The notes under the pieces: generated by a model
The model's input: only the letters and a program-made list of their open reading frames with translations
Database searches by the model: none
Told to the model about the DNA's origin: nothing
Position numbers and translations under genes: made by a program
Assembly: GCA_963737655.1 (NCBI GenBank)
Contig: CAVTTN010000002.1
Coordinates: 384,001-448,000 of the forward strand
Source: an uncultured Planctomycetota bacterium
Lineage (GTDB): Bacteria > Planctomycetota > Planctomycetia > Isosphaerales > Isosphaeraceae
Length of the DNA stretch: 64,000 nucleotides
Direction of reading: 5' to 3'
Shown here: positions 22,250 to 33,670 of the stretch, piece after piece
Layout of the letters: each line of letters begins with the position of its first letter
Numbering within the stretch: the stretch's first letter is position 1

Positions 22250-25200
22250 GGGGTGTACACCGTCGCCAGGCCCTTCTTGGTGAGATTGGCGACGTAGTCG
22301 CCTCCGGCGGTCCCGTCCATGTTGCCATCGACGAGGTTGCCGAGCCTGTCCTTGAGGCCGGTGACCCGGAACTGGAGGCCACTGGTGGCCACGAGCCGCT
22401 TCTTCGGCACGAGCCGGACGGTGTTCGTCGCCGGGTCGTAGGTGGCCGAGGCGAACGTGACGAGGCGGTCGTCCTTGGTGTTGAACTTGCGGTCCCGGCC
22501 GGCGGTCCCGAGTCGGTAGTGCGAGAGGTCCGAGGCGATCGAGGCGTCGATCGGGCCGTTGAACGTCAAGGTGATCGCCGCGATGCTCTTCTTCTTGCCC
22601 GGGACCGTCGCGGCGGAGGTCAGCTCGACCGGCGGCGCGCTGGAGACCTTCACCCCGGAGACCGAGGAGCCGGTCTGGCCTCCGCTATCGGTGACCGCGA
22701 CCGTGACCGAGAAGGTGCCGGTCGCGGTGTAGGTGTGACTCAGGGCGAACGTCTTGTCGGGGTTGAGCGTCAGGGGCTGGGCGCCCGAGCCGTCTCCGTA
22801 ATTGACGGTCGCGGTCCAGGTCTGGGCGCCCGGGTCGGTGAAGCGGCCGGCCTCGGAGAACGTCCCGCCCTGGGTCAATGTCGCGTTGCCGCCGCTCAGG
22901 ACCAGCGGGGCCACGTCATTCACGACGACGTGGAACGTCTTCGTGGTCGAGAGGGCCGGGCTGGCGCTATCGGTGACGATCACCGGGACATCCACGGCCA
23001 GAGGCCCGGCCGTCGGGGTCCAGGTGAACCGGCCGGTGATCGCGTCGATCGCCGATCCGGCCGGGGCGCCGGCGCCGAGGGCGTAGCTCAGGGTCTGGCC
23101 CGCGTCCGGGTCGCTCGCGCCGATGTTCAGGGCCAGGGTGCTTCCTTCATTGACGACCTGGGTCGGGACGTCGGGCAGGACCGGCGGCCGATCGGCGACG
23201 ACGACCGTGCCCGAGGTGGAGGCGGTCCCCCCGGCCGAGGTCGTCACGGCCACGCCGACGGCAAACGTGCCGGGGCCGCCGTAGGTCTTCGTCCCCGAGA
23301 CCAGGAACCCGCCGGTCGGGCTCGCGGCGATCGTCCCGGGAGAGCTCGTGCCGTCCCCCCAGACGATCGTGGCGGAGAGGTTCGCGGCCGTCGCCGACGG
23401 GTTGGCATACGCCACCGTGGCGATCACTCCCGAGACGCTCGTGGTGCCGGAGGCGACGGTCGGCGAGGCGAACGTGGCGGAGAGCGCCGCGTCGGCGATC
23501 GCGGCCGAGACGGAGGCCGTGGCGGAGCCTCCGGCGACGGTGTCGCGGATGGCCACGCTCACCGGGAACGTGCCGGCCTTGGCGAAGGTGTGGGTCCCCA
23601 GGACGTCGAACCCGCCGGCCGGGTCGGCCTGGATGGTGCCCGCCCCGGTCGTGTTGTCTCCCCAGGTGATCGAGGCGGCGAAGTTCGCGGCGCCTCCGGT
23701 GCCCAGGGCGGTGAAGCTCGCCAGCTTCACGCCGGAGATCGAGGTGCCGACCGTCCCGGCGATGCTGGCGGGCGAGGCCGTGATCGTCTGGGGGACGACG
23801 ACCGTGCCCGAGGCCGTCCCGGTGACCGAGGTATCGCCCGAGCTGGTGACGGTCACCCCCACGCCGAATGAGCCGGGGCCCTTGTACGTCTTCGTGCCCG
23901 AGATGGTGTACCCGCCGCTCGGGTTCACGGCGATCGTCCCGGGGGAGCTCGTGCCGTCTCCCCAGGTGATCGTGGCCGAGAGGTTGGCCAGGGTGTCGTC
24001 GGGGATGAAGTCCGAGAGGTTGGCGACCAGGCCCGAGACGGTGGTCGTTCCGGCGGCGACCGTCGGCCCCGCGAACGAGGTGGAGAGCAGCGAGTCCGTG
24101 ATCGTCGAGGAGCCGGTCGCCACGGCCGAGGCGCCGGCCAGGTTGTCCTGGATCGTCGCGTTCACCGCGTACGCGCCCGACTTGGCATAGGTATGCGAGC
24201 CGAGGACGTCGAAGCCTCCGGAGTTGTTGGCCTGGATCGTCCCGGTCGAGGTCGAATTGTCGCCCCAGTTGATCGAGGCGGAGTAATCGGTCGAGGGGCC
24301 GGCCCAGGGCGGTGAAGCTCGCGACCTTCTGGCCGACGAGCGGCTTGTTGGTGGTCCCGGGGAAGTTCGCGCCGGTCGGCGTGATCGTCTGGGCCACGAC
24401 GTTGACCGTGATGGCCTGGCGGTCATACGGGTCGCTGCTGCTGCCCCGGTTCGAGGCGCCGGTCTGCTTGACGGCGGCCTGGATGTGGATGGTCCCGGTG
24501 AAGCCGGAGGCGGGGACGACCTGGAGGACGTTGCCCGAGACGTTGAAGGTGGCGTTGGCCGGGGTGTCCAGGGCGAAGCCGGCGTAGGTCACGCCTCCGC
24601 CGTCGATGTCGGTGGAGGTCAACGGGATCGAGATCGGGACGTTGGTGACGGTCGTCACCGAGGCCGGCACCGGCCCGAGGATCGGCGGGTCATTGGTGGC
24701 GTCGGTGGCCGAGTTCACGGTGAAGGTCTTGGTGTCGGTGCCGCCCTGGCCGTCGTCGCCGGTCACGGTGACCGTGGAGGTCCCCACGCCCGAGGAATCC
24801 AGGGTGATCACGGCGTCGGAGGTGTCCTGGACGATCGAGGCCGAGGTGATCACGACCGGGGGGTTGGGCGAGCTGTTCTGAGCGGTCACGCCGGGGGCGG
24901 TGTTGATCGCCTGGGCGACGCCGAACCCCCGGACGAGCTGGCCGAAGATGGTGTAGGTGAGGTCCAGGCTCCTCTGCGGGCCGAGCGTCACGAAGAATTC
25001 CGAGCTCTGGGTGTCCCGGCCGGCGTTGGCCATGGCGAGCTGGCCGTTGCCGGTGAACAGGGCCTCGGGGTTCAGCTCGTCATTGGGATTCAGCCCGGTG
25101 GCCCCGGTGATGTTGCCGGCCTGGTCCACGAAGCCCGGGATTTCCCGATAGAACGTCAGCCCGTTGTAGAAGCCGGAGTTGACCAGGCCCTCGATCGTGG

Positions 25201-25504
25201 CCACGGTGTTCGGGGCGAGGTCCTGGAGGAGCTGGAACGTCATGTCGCCGTAGCCGGCCACCGAGAGCTTCAGGTACGGATTGCCGGCGTGGACCGTGGC
25301 GGTGATCGGCGCCCCGGAGCTCATGACGGTGTAGGTCACGGGGTTGGAGCCGCTCTCCGTGGCGGTGATCGGCAAGATCAGCGACTTCCCGGCCGGGACG
25401 GCCTGGGTGGCGATCGGGTCGATCGCCAGGGTGGACATCAGGGCGCGTGTTTCCAGCCCTTCGAGGCTCGGCCGCCGTTCCGCTCGCCGTCGAGTGCGCA
25501 TCAT
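22237..25504 (-). CDS. Large secreted cyclophilin-type PPIase with Ig/PKD/cadherin-like repeats (frameshift near 24303)
   Basis: N-terminal LEGLETRALMS, cyclophilin motifs FYNGLTF.R..PGFV.Q.G, LAMAN and SEFF.T, and repeated A.I.WGD units across two frames. Confidence 0.8.
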
Positions 25505-25998
25505 CGCCCCCTGGGGAATCCTCGAACCGATCTCGGCCCCCCTCGGCGGAGGCCGCTGTGTCTCGGAGACCATGCTCGCATAGGATCATGTGAAATTTCA
25601 AGATCATGCCGGCGAGATGGGCGGGGCTGATCCGTCTTCTCGCGATCCGAGGGCGGGCCCGGCCCGAACCCGGCGCCGGGCCTCTTCTCTTCGAAGCGCG
25701 GGGGGGCCGACCTCCAGCCGATCCGGGGCGATCGCGAGGGAGGGGCCGGGCCCGGGCGTCGCGACCGTCGCGACCGGGCGTCTCGCCAGAATCGCGCCGA
25801 TGGGGGCCGCCTCTGGGTGGAAGCCGAGGTCCGGTTCGTCTAAACTTGGCGCTGACTTCCAGAGGATGGAGGACGATGGGGGCGGACGGATGGGGTGATC
25901 CCGAACCCTTCGGGACGCCTCCCCTCGGACCTCGGTTCGGGTCGGCCCGGCCGATGCTCGATCTCGGGCCGGCGAGCCGGTTTTGGAGCGATTCGTTC

Positions 25999-27150
25999 AT
26001 GAGTACCGCGCCGACCGACGTGTATTACCCGGGCCTGGAAGGCGTGATCGCCTGCGAGACGGCCATCTGCAACGTCGAGGGGAAGCAGGGGGCGGGGGGC
26101 CTGGAGTACCGCGGCTACAGCATCGAGGACCTCGCCGGCCACGTCTCCTACGAGGAGACGGCCTACCTCCTGCTGCACGGCGACCTCCCCGGCCGGGCCG
26201 AGCTCGACGCCTTCTCCGCCCGCCTCAAGGCCGCTCGGGCGATCCCCGAGTCGCTGATGTACCTCTTCAAGACGATCCCGGAGTCCGTCCACCCGATGGA
26301 CGTCCTGAGGACCTCGGTCAGCGTCCTGGCCCACTTCGACCCCGAGGTGGACGCCCCGCCGACCGACCACGCCGCCAACGTCCGCAAGGCCGAGCGGCTC
26401 CTGGCCCAGATGCCCACGGCGATCGCCTCCCGCGAGCGGATCGCCGCCGGCAAGGAGCCGATCGCCCCGAGGGACGACCTGGACCACTCCGCCAACTTCC
26501 TCACCATGATGAGCGGCAACGCGCCGAGCGAGACCATCCGCCAGGCGTTCGACCTCTCGCTGGTCCTCTACACCGAGCACGAGCTGAACGCCTCGACGTT
26601 CTCCGGCCGGGTGACGGTCTCGACCCTGGCGGACATCCATTCGGGGATCGTCGCGGCGATCGGCACGCTCAAGGGCCCGCTCCACGGCGGGGCGAACGAG
26701 GAGGCGTGGAAGGTCCTGGAGCAGGTCGGCAGCCCGGAGAACGCCGAGGCCTGGATCGCCTCGGCCCTGGCCCGCAAGGAGCGGATCATGGGCTTCGGCC
26801 ACCGCGTCTACAAGACCGGCGACCCCCGGGCCCGGATCCTCAAGACCTGGTGCCAGAAAGTGGCCAGGGAGGTCGGCGAGGAGCGCTGGGAGCAGATGGC
26901 CGAGCCGATCGAGGTCGCCGTGACCGAGCAGAAGAAGCTCCCGCCCAACGTCGATTGGCCCAGCGCCCGGCTCTATCACTACATGGGCCTGAAGACCGAC
27001 GTCTACACGCCGATCTTCGCCATGGCGAGGGTCGCCGGCTGGGCCGCCCACATCATCGAGCAGCTCGACCACAACCGCCTGATGAGGCCCCGGGCCAAGT
27101 ACGTCGGGCCCGCCAACCGCCCGGTCAAGCCGATCGACCAGAGGGACTGA
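25999..27150 (+). CDS. Citrate synthase / 2-methylcitrate synthase
   Basis: GLEG, YRGY, EHELNAST, HGGANE, MGFGHRVY and PNVD motifs. Confidence 0.93.
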   Translation: MSTAPTDVYYPGLEGVIACETAICNVEGKQGAGGLEYRGYSIEDLAGHVSYEETAYLLLHGDLPGRAELDAFSARLKAARAIPESLMYLFKTIPESVHPMDVLRTSVSVLAHFDPEVDAPPTDHAANVRKAERLLAQMPTAIASRERIAAGKEPIAPRDDLDHSANFLTMMSGNAPSETIRQAFDLSLVLYTEHELNASTFSGRVTVSTLADIHSGIVAAIGTLKGPLHGGANEEAWKVLEQVGSPENAEAWIASALARKERIMGFGHRVYKTGDPRARILKTWCQKVAREVGEERWEQMAEPIEVAVTEQKKLPPNVDWPSARLYHYMGLKTDVYTPIFAMARVAGWAAHIIEQLDHNRLMRPRAKYVGPANRPVKPIDQRD

Positions 27151-27155
27151 GCGGA

Positions 27156-27241
27156 CGAAGCGTCGCGGCGCGGACAAGACGGGGTCAGGAGCCTTGAATC
27201 TCGGCCTCCTGACCCCGTCTTGTCCGCGCCGCGACGCTTCG
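27156..27241. repeat. Perfect 36-bp inverted repeat between convergent genes (MITE- or terminator-like)
   Basis: CGAAGCGTCGCGGCGCGGACAAGACGGGGTCAGGAG, a 14-nt loop, then the exact reverse complement. Confidence 0.85.
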
Positions 27242-27330
27242 CCGCCCTTCGCAATCGGAAGACGAGGCCGCCCCGTCGGATCGATCGACCCGACGGGGCG
27301 GCGTGGAGGCATTCCGCAGTTAGCGTCTGC

Positions 27331-28899
27331 TCAGGACTTGGGCTGTTCCTCGTCCTTCTTCTCTTCCTCGCCCTCCTTCGGGGGGAGGATGCCGATCCGG
27401 CCCTTGGGGTTCTGGATGATGTTGACGTTGGGCCGGTCGATGACTTCGACCTTGCCCGGGACGCTCCCTCCGTAGGAATAGCCGAGCTGGCCCAGGAGCC
27501 GTTCCAGGGGGATGGGGCGGATGCCGTCGAGCCGGGCCACCCGGATGGCCTCGGTCTTCTTGGCCAGGAACGTCGATTCCTCGGCGGCCATCTGCTTGGC
27601 CTCGCGGACGACCGACGGGTGGAAGGCCAGGCGGTCGTCGGTCACGTACCAGGAGATCAGCGCGGTCAGCTTGCCGGTCTCCACGCCCACGCCGGGCGGG
27701 GGCAGGTCGTAGGAGACGATCCCTCCGGCGGCCCGGATCATCCGCTTGAGGTCCTCGCGGTCGTCCCGGCCGTCGCGGTTGACGTCCATCTTGCCGATCA
27801 GGGCGTACTGGAGCGGCTTGTTGGCGTCGAACACGGGCGAATAGAGCTGGTCGCCGGGGCGGAGCGGCTCGGTGGACTTCTTGGTCTCGATGATCCGGGC
27901 GATGCTGCCGGTCTCGCCGACCTTGATGAGCTCGATGGTGCCCTTGGGCTTGTCGCTGGGGATGCCCTTGGCGTCGCGGTCGAAGACGGTGAAGACCATC
28001 TGCTCGCGGACGCCCTGGCTCCTCCTCAGGTCGGTGCCGACGCGGTCCTGGGTGTAATCGACGTAGGAGATCGTGCCGTCCTTCTTGTCCAGGACGTTCT
28101 CCTTGAGCTCGACGACCCCTCGGAAGTAGCGGACCTGGGTCAGGAGGTCCTCGCGGGCCTTCCGGTAGTCTTCCTCGCGCTGGGTGATCTCGTTCTTGAG
28201 CTTGGTGTTCTCGCCGGCCAGCTTGTTCAGGTCGCTCTGCAGGGCGTCGAGCTTGACCATCAGGCTGGTGCGCTCGGTCTCGTGCTTGCCGTGCTCGGAG
28301 TTGAGGTCTTCCTTGGCCCCGGCGACGGCCTTCTTCTCGACGTCGAGCTGGGCGGCGTTGACCTGGTCCACGGCCTCGAGCTGGCGGCGGGTGTCGTGGA
28401 ATTCCAGGGCGAGCGCCGTGGCGAGCTGGGTCTGGTTGTTGAGCATCTCGTGGAGCCGGTCGAGGCTGCCGAGCAGCGAGTTGCTGGCCGGGGCGTTCAG
28501 GCCGGCGACGATGGCGTCGAGCGACTGGCGGATCTCGTCGAGCTTGCCGAGGTTGCCGCCCGACCCCTTGTAGGCGTCGATCGTCTTGCGGCCCTCCTCG
28601 GCGATCCCGGCGACCTTCTTGGTCATCTCTTCCAGGTTCTTGGTGACCTGCTTGGGGACGTCCTCGTCCTCCGCCTTGGGCAGGCCGACCTTCTCGCGGA
28701 TGTCGATCATCAGGCGGCGGAGCTTCTCGTAGTCGTTCTTGGTGGTCGAGAGGTCGCTGTTGGTCTGCTCCAGCTTCTTCTCCGACGTGGCGTAGTTGGA
28801 GAAGCCGAAATACGTGGTCACGGCCAGGATCACCGAGAGCATGACGAAGCATGCCACGGCGATCTTCAGGCCCTGGTTGTCGTTGGACGAGGCGGCCAT
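27331..28899 (-). CDS. Membrane-anchored coiled-coil protein
   Basis: N-terminal TM segment (IAVACFVMLSVILAV), long heptad region and globular C-terminus. Strong GC3 bias. Confidence 0.75.
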   Translation of the reverse strand: MAASSNDNQGLKIAVACFVMLSVILAVTTYFGFSNYATSEKKLEQTNSDLSTTKNDYEKLRRLMIDIREKVGLPKAEDEDVPKQVTKNLEEMTKKVAGIAEEGRKTIDAYKGSGGNLGKLDEIRQSLDAIVAGLNAPASNSLLGSLDRLHEMLNNQTQLATALALEFHDTRRQLEAVDQVNAAQLDVEKKAVAGAKEDLNSEHGKHETERTSLMVKLDALQSDLNKLAGENTKLKNEITQREEDYRKAREDLLTQVRYFRGVVELKENVLDKKDGTISYVDYTQDRVGTDLRRSQGVREQMVFTVFDRDAKGIPSDKPKGTIELIKVGETGSIARIIETKKSTEPLRPGDQLYSPVFDANKPLQYALIGKMDVNRDGRDDREDLKRMIRAAGGIVSYDLPPPGVGVETGKLTALISWYVTDDRLAFHPSVVREAKQMAAEESTFLAKKTEAIRVARLDGIRPIPLERLLGQLGYSYGGSVPGKVEVIDRPNVNIIQNPKGRIGILPPKEGEEEKKDEEQPKS

Positions 28900-29162
28900 C
28901 GGTGAGGTCTCCGGACGTCGAGGCTTCGCGAGCGAGCCGGCCCCGGGACCCGGAGGCGCGGCGCCGGATTTCCTAGAGTATGTCACACGGACCGGGAGGA
29001 CCGGGCGATTTCCGGACCGTCGGAGAATCTGACGGTTTCCTACGATTGTAGGGGCGGCCCCCGACCCGGTCAAACCGTCACCTTGGACGCCGGCCAGGTC
29101 CGATCGGTTCCCTCGGACCGGGGGCCCGGGTGAACTTCGGGGGATCAAGGAGGGCGAAAGCC

Positions 29163-29426
29163 ATGAATCGAGACGGTCCCGCCTCCGCGACGGTCCTTTC
29201 GGACCTCCCCGAGCCCGTCGAGCGGATCATGCCGCCGGAGTTCGCCGAGGAGCTCGCCGGCCTGAGGGCCTAGGGCGAATTCCAGGCCCGGATCGACGAC
29301 CTGGCCGAGAAGTCCAATGAGGGCGGGCTGACCGAAGACGAGGCGGCCGAGCCTCGCGCGATCATCGACGCCATCGACGTCCTGAGCCTCCTGCAGGCCA
29401 AGGCCCGATCGGCGATCGCCGGCTGA
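29163..29426 (+). pseudogene. Small antitoxin-like ORF with an internal TAG at 29271
   Basis: MNRDG...EFAEELAGLRA*GEFQARIDDLAEKSNEGGLTEDE...LSLLQAKAR, with an AAGGAGG RBS. Confidence 0.55.
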
Positions 29427-29457
29427 TGGACGTCGAGAAGTGGGGTTCGGAGACGCG

Positions 29458-30468
29458 TCACGCCAATTTGATGTGATAGTTGATGTGGGGCGAAAAGCCG
29501 TCGCGAACTCGGGCCTTCGCGTGAAAACCCTTCCCGGTAGAAAAGCTCTCGGCAACATACCGCTCAACCCAATCGGGTTTCTTGAGTCCCATCCACCACG
29601 TTCGCAGATGAGGAAAATTATCCCGAGAGATACTCTTCACGACCCAGTCTTGGCTCTCCGTTTTATCTTTGTGCGCCGTGCCATACATGCCGTTAATATT
29701 CACGGCGATATGCTTTCCGGGCTGACTCCACCGCGCGCGTTTCCAGCGTCCCAAAGCGTCCTCGATGCTGCTCTTTGCTTCGCTCAGGAGCATGATGTGC
29801 GATGGGGGAGGGGGGACGTAAATGTTGGCTGGGTCCGGTGGCGCATCGGTGCCGCCCCGTGCGAGGACCGAGAGGGCCATGTCCAGGGAGAGATCCAATC
29901 CGCCTCTCTCCAGACTATTAATCGAGTTCAAAGCGGTCGCCTTGGCCTTGACCGCCTTGGGGGAGGGCGAATTCCAGTCGACTTTCCCCTTGGCGGCCCT
30001 GTACTTGTCGAGCAGGACTTCGGTCTGGGCGAACCAGAGAGTCAGCTCGTTGTACTTCTCCCACAAGCTGTCGAGATCGAGCGGCCCGAAGGGATACCGG
30101 TTCACGCCGTAGACGTAGGTTGAGTAGACCGGCAAGATGGCCGAGCTGAGGGACTGGCCCTCTTGCGCCGTCGTCATATCGAGTCGCTGCTTGAGCCCCC
30201 GGATCACGGCGAGTTGTCCGAATAACGCGCGCTTTTTTCGGCGGCGCGGTCGGCTCGCTCGAACATCGCGCCGATGCCCTCGTAGGCCTGATCCGGCGGA
30301 TCGGCCAAGGCTTCCGGCCGGAGGGCGGCGATGCGTAACTTCGGGGCGAGAACGGACGGGGGAGCTTTCGTCACCCTGGCCCCACGGGCCCGGTGCTGCG
30401 CCGATGCGATCACTTTCGCCGAGCAGTCCCTCGATGTTCGGCCCGCCATCCTCGTCGTCGCCAGGCAT
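29458..30468 (-). CDS. Orphan hypothetical protein in a lower-GC segment (start uncertain, alternative ATG 30177)
   Basis: Long ORF with atypical codon usage and no recognisable motif. Confidence 0.45.
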   Translation of the reverse strand: MPGDDEDGGPNIEGLLGESDRIGAAPGPWGQGDESSPVRSRPEVTHRRPPAGSLGRSAGSGLRGHRRDVRASRPRRRKKRALFGQLAVIRGLKQRLDMTTAQEGQSLSSAILPVYSTYVYGVNRYPFGPLDLDSLWEKYNELTLWFAQTEVLLDKYRAAKGKVDWNSPSPKAVKAKATALNSINSLERGGLDLSLDMALSVLARGGTDAPPDPANIYVPPPPSHIMLLSEAKSSIEDALGRWKRARWSQPGKHIAVNINGMYGTAHKDKTESQDWVVKSISRDNFPHLRTWWMGLKKPDWVERYVAESFSTGKGFHAKARVRDGFSPHINYHIKLA

Positions 30469-30930
30469 GTCTCAGCTCCGATCGATTTCCCGCATTCGAT
30501 CTACCTCAGGCATGCAAGATATCCGGAAATACAAAAAATGCAAATTTTTCTCATATTTTGCAGACCCGTGCATTCCTGTAGGGATAGAAAATTGGATATT
30601 CTACATTTGATGAGAACAGAGGATTCAGGTTATGTAGGGAAGCAAAAAGGTAGCCGCGCCTTTGAGCATGACAATACCGGACAGACAGAACCCGAAAAGG
30701 GGACATTCTATTTTTTGACAAATATGGACTAGAGTTGTGTAACCATTAAAGCAAACGCATGTCAACCCCTTTACTTTTTGTTCCCCGAAGTCCGGCGCCT
30801 CCCGGCCTCCCGTCGGCACTCCCGACCCGGCGCCGGGCACGAACTGGGACGTCTCGCTTGCCCGATTGGTCGGGAATCTTCAGAATCTAGGGCGAGATCC
30901 GTTCCTTTCGCCCGAGGTCGTCGCGCCATC

Positions 30931-33662
30931 ATGGATTCCCGGCCCTCCCTTTATATTCTCGACTCGTTCTCCCGGATTTATCAGCTCTTCCATGCGATCC
31001 CCTTGATGACGTCGCCCACCGGCACTCCGGTGAACGTGGCGTTCGGGCTGTTCCGCGACCTCCTGAACCTGGCGAGGGTCCGCAAGCCGGATTATTTTGC
31101 CGCCGCGTTCGACGGCTCGGGACCGGTCTTCCGCTCGGAGATCTTTGCCGAGTACAAGACCAACCGCGGGCCCATGCCGGATGACCTCCGCCCCCAGATC
31201 GCCCTGGCCCGGCGCGTGTTCGAGGCGTTCCGCGTGCCGATCCTGATGCATGAGGGGGCCGAGGCCGACGACGTGATCGCTACACTTGCCATGAGGGGCG
31301 TCGAGCGAGGGATGGACGTCACCATCGTGACCTCGGACAAGGACGCCCGTCAGTTGCTTTCGGACCGCGTCCGCATCCTCAACCTTCGCGACAACAAGTT
31401 TTTGGACGTGGACGGGTTGAAGGCCGATTGGGGCGTCTCCCCGGCGCAGGTCGTGGACTTCCTGGCGCTCACCGGCGACTCGGTGGACAACGTGCCGGGC
31501 ATCCCGGGGATCGGCCCCAAGACCGCCACCAAATTGCTCGGCCAGTTCGGCGACCTGGAGACGTTACTGGCACGGTCCGACGAGGTCTCCGGCAAGAAGA
31601 TGGCCGAGAACCTCAAGACGCACGCCGAGATCGCCCGACGGGCCCGGACCCTCGTCGCGTTGAAGACCGACTTGCCCCTGGAACTCGACTGGGAGGCCCT
31701 GCGCTCCGACGGCTACGACCCCAAGGCCCTCAAGGCCATCTGCTTCGATTGCGGGTTCAAGGGGTTCCTCAACGAGATCGTCGAGACGGCCGCGCCCCCC
31801 CGGAATCGGTCTGGGACACCAAGGCGTATGAATCCGTGAACACCCCGGAGAAGTTCGCGGCGTTCCTCGACGCGCTCTCGAAGCAGACGAGATTCAGCTT
31901 CGACACCGAGACGACCTCCGTGGACCCGCTGAAGGCGGAGATCGTCGGCTATTCGTTCTCGTGGGACGAGGGATCGGCTTATTACGTGCCGGTCCGGGGG
32001 CCGATGGGCGAGCCGATCCTGGACCCGGTGGCCACGCTCGACGCTCTCCGGCCGATCCTCGAAAATCCCTCGACGGAGAAGGTCGGCCAGAACCTCAAGT
32101 ACGACATGCTGGCCCTCCGCCGGGCCGACGCGGACCTGCACGGGCCGATCACCGATACGATGGTCCTCAGTTATCTCCTGGAAAGCGGGGAGCGCAACCA
32201 CAACCTCGACGACCTCTCGCGACGGCTCCTCGGCCACACGATGATCCCGATCTCGGCGCTGATCGGCAAGGGCAAGAACCAGCTGAGGATGGACCAGGTG
32301 GAGGTGGCCCGGGTCGCCGAGTATGCCGGGGAAGACGCCGACGCCGCCTGGAGGCTCGAAGCCCTGCTGTCGGCGAAGTGCCGCGAGGAAGGGCTCTGGG
32401 ACCTGTACGAGAACCTGGAACGGCCGTTGATCCGCGTCCTCGCCCGGATGGAGGAATTCGGCATCAAGGTGGACGTCCCCCGGCTCCAGGCGCTCTCGGC
32501 CGAGTTCGCCGAGAGGCTGGTGACGATCAAGGCGGAGGTTTTTGCGATCGCCGGCCGGGAGTTCAACATCGGCTCGGGGCCGCAGCTCCGGCAGATCCTC
32601 TTCGAGGAGCTGAAGCTGCCGGTGATCTCCAAGACGCCCGGAGGGGAGCCGAGCACGGCCGTCGAGGTGCTCGAAGAACTCGCCGGCAAGCACCCGTTGC
32701 CCCGGTTGATCATCCAGTATCGCCAGTTCGAGAAGCTCAAGAGCACGTATCTCGACGCCCTGGCGACGCTCGCCCACGAGGACGGGCGGGTCCACACGTC
32801 GTTCCATCAGGTGGTGGCGGCGACGGGCCGCCTGAGCTCCTCGGACCCGAACTTGCAGAACATCCCGACGAGGACCGAGGAAGGCCAGCAAATCCGCCAG
32901 GCGTTCGTCGCCGGGTTCCCGGGCTGGTCGCTGCTCACGGCCGATTACTCGCAGATCGAGCTGCGCGTGCTCGCCCATTTTTCGAGGGACCCCGCGCTGG
33001 TCGAGGCGTTCGCCCAGGATCGCGACATCCACTCGGTCGTGGCGGCGCGGATCTTCGGCGTCCCGGAATCGGAGGTGTCTTCGGCCCAGAGGCGGGTGGC
33101 GAAGACGGTGAATTTCGGGGTGATTTACGGGCTGAGCGCGTTCGGGCTGTCGGGCCGGCTGGGGATCTCGCAGACGGACGCCTCGGCGTTCATCGAGGCG
33201 TATTTTCGCGAGTACGCGGGCGTGGACGCGTTCATCAACCGGGCCCGGGAGATCGCGCTGGAGACCGGCCGGGTGGAGACGATCCTGGGGCGCCGTCGGG
33301 CGATCTCGGGGATCAAGAACACGACCGGCCGGAGCCTGAACCTGGCCGAGAGGCTGGCGATCAACACGATCATCCAGGGCTCGGCGGCGGACCTCATCAA
33401 GAAGGCGATGCTGGACGTGGATCGCCGCCTCGACGAGTCGGGCCTGAAGGCGAGGATGCTCCTCCAGATCCACGACGAACTCGTCTTCGAGGCGCCCCAG
33501 GAGGAGATCCCCTCGCTGGCGAGTCTGGTGGAAACCGCGATGACGACGGCCCTGGAGCTGAGCGTCCCGCTGAGGGTGGACCTCGCCTCCGGGCCGAACT
33601 GGCTGGACGTCTCGCCGGTCGGGAAATCGGTGTCGGATCAAACACCCGTCGCGAGGAATTGA
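30931..33662 (+). CDS. polA: DNA polymerase I (frameshift at C7 run 31795-31801)
   Basis: 5'-3' exonuclease (EADDVI, GDSVDNVPG), FDTET, TGRLSSSDPNLQN, DYSQIELR, K..NFG..YG and QIHDEL motifs. Confidence 0.95.
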
Positions 33663-33670
33663 TCTGACAT

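Noticed and set aside
30694..30780. Possible IS end or repeat fragments (AAAAGGGGACATTCTA; CTAGAGTTGTGTAACC)
   Set aside because: There is no partner end or transposase in the window, so they cannot be supported.
31790..31840. polA split exactly between the 5'-3' exonuclease and Klenow parts
   Set aside because: One extra C in a C7 run restores a normal PolA. With about 10 similar indels in the window, a sequencing error is far more likely than a programmed split.
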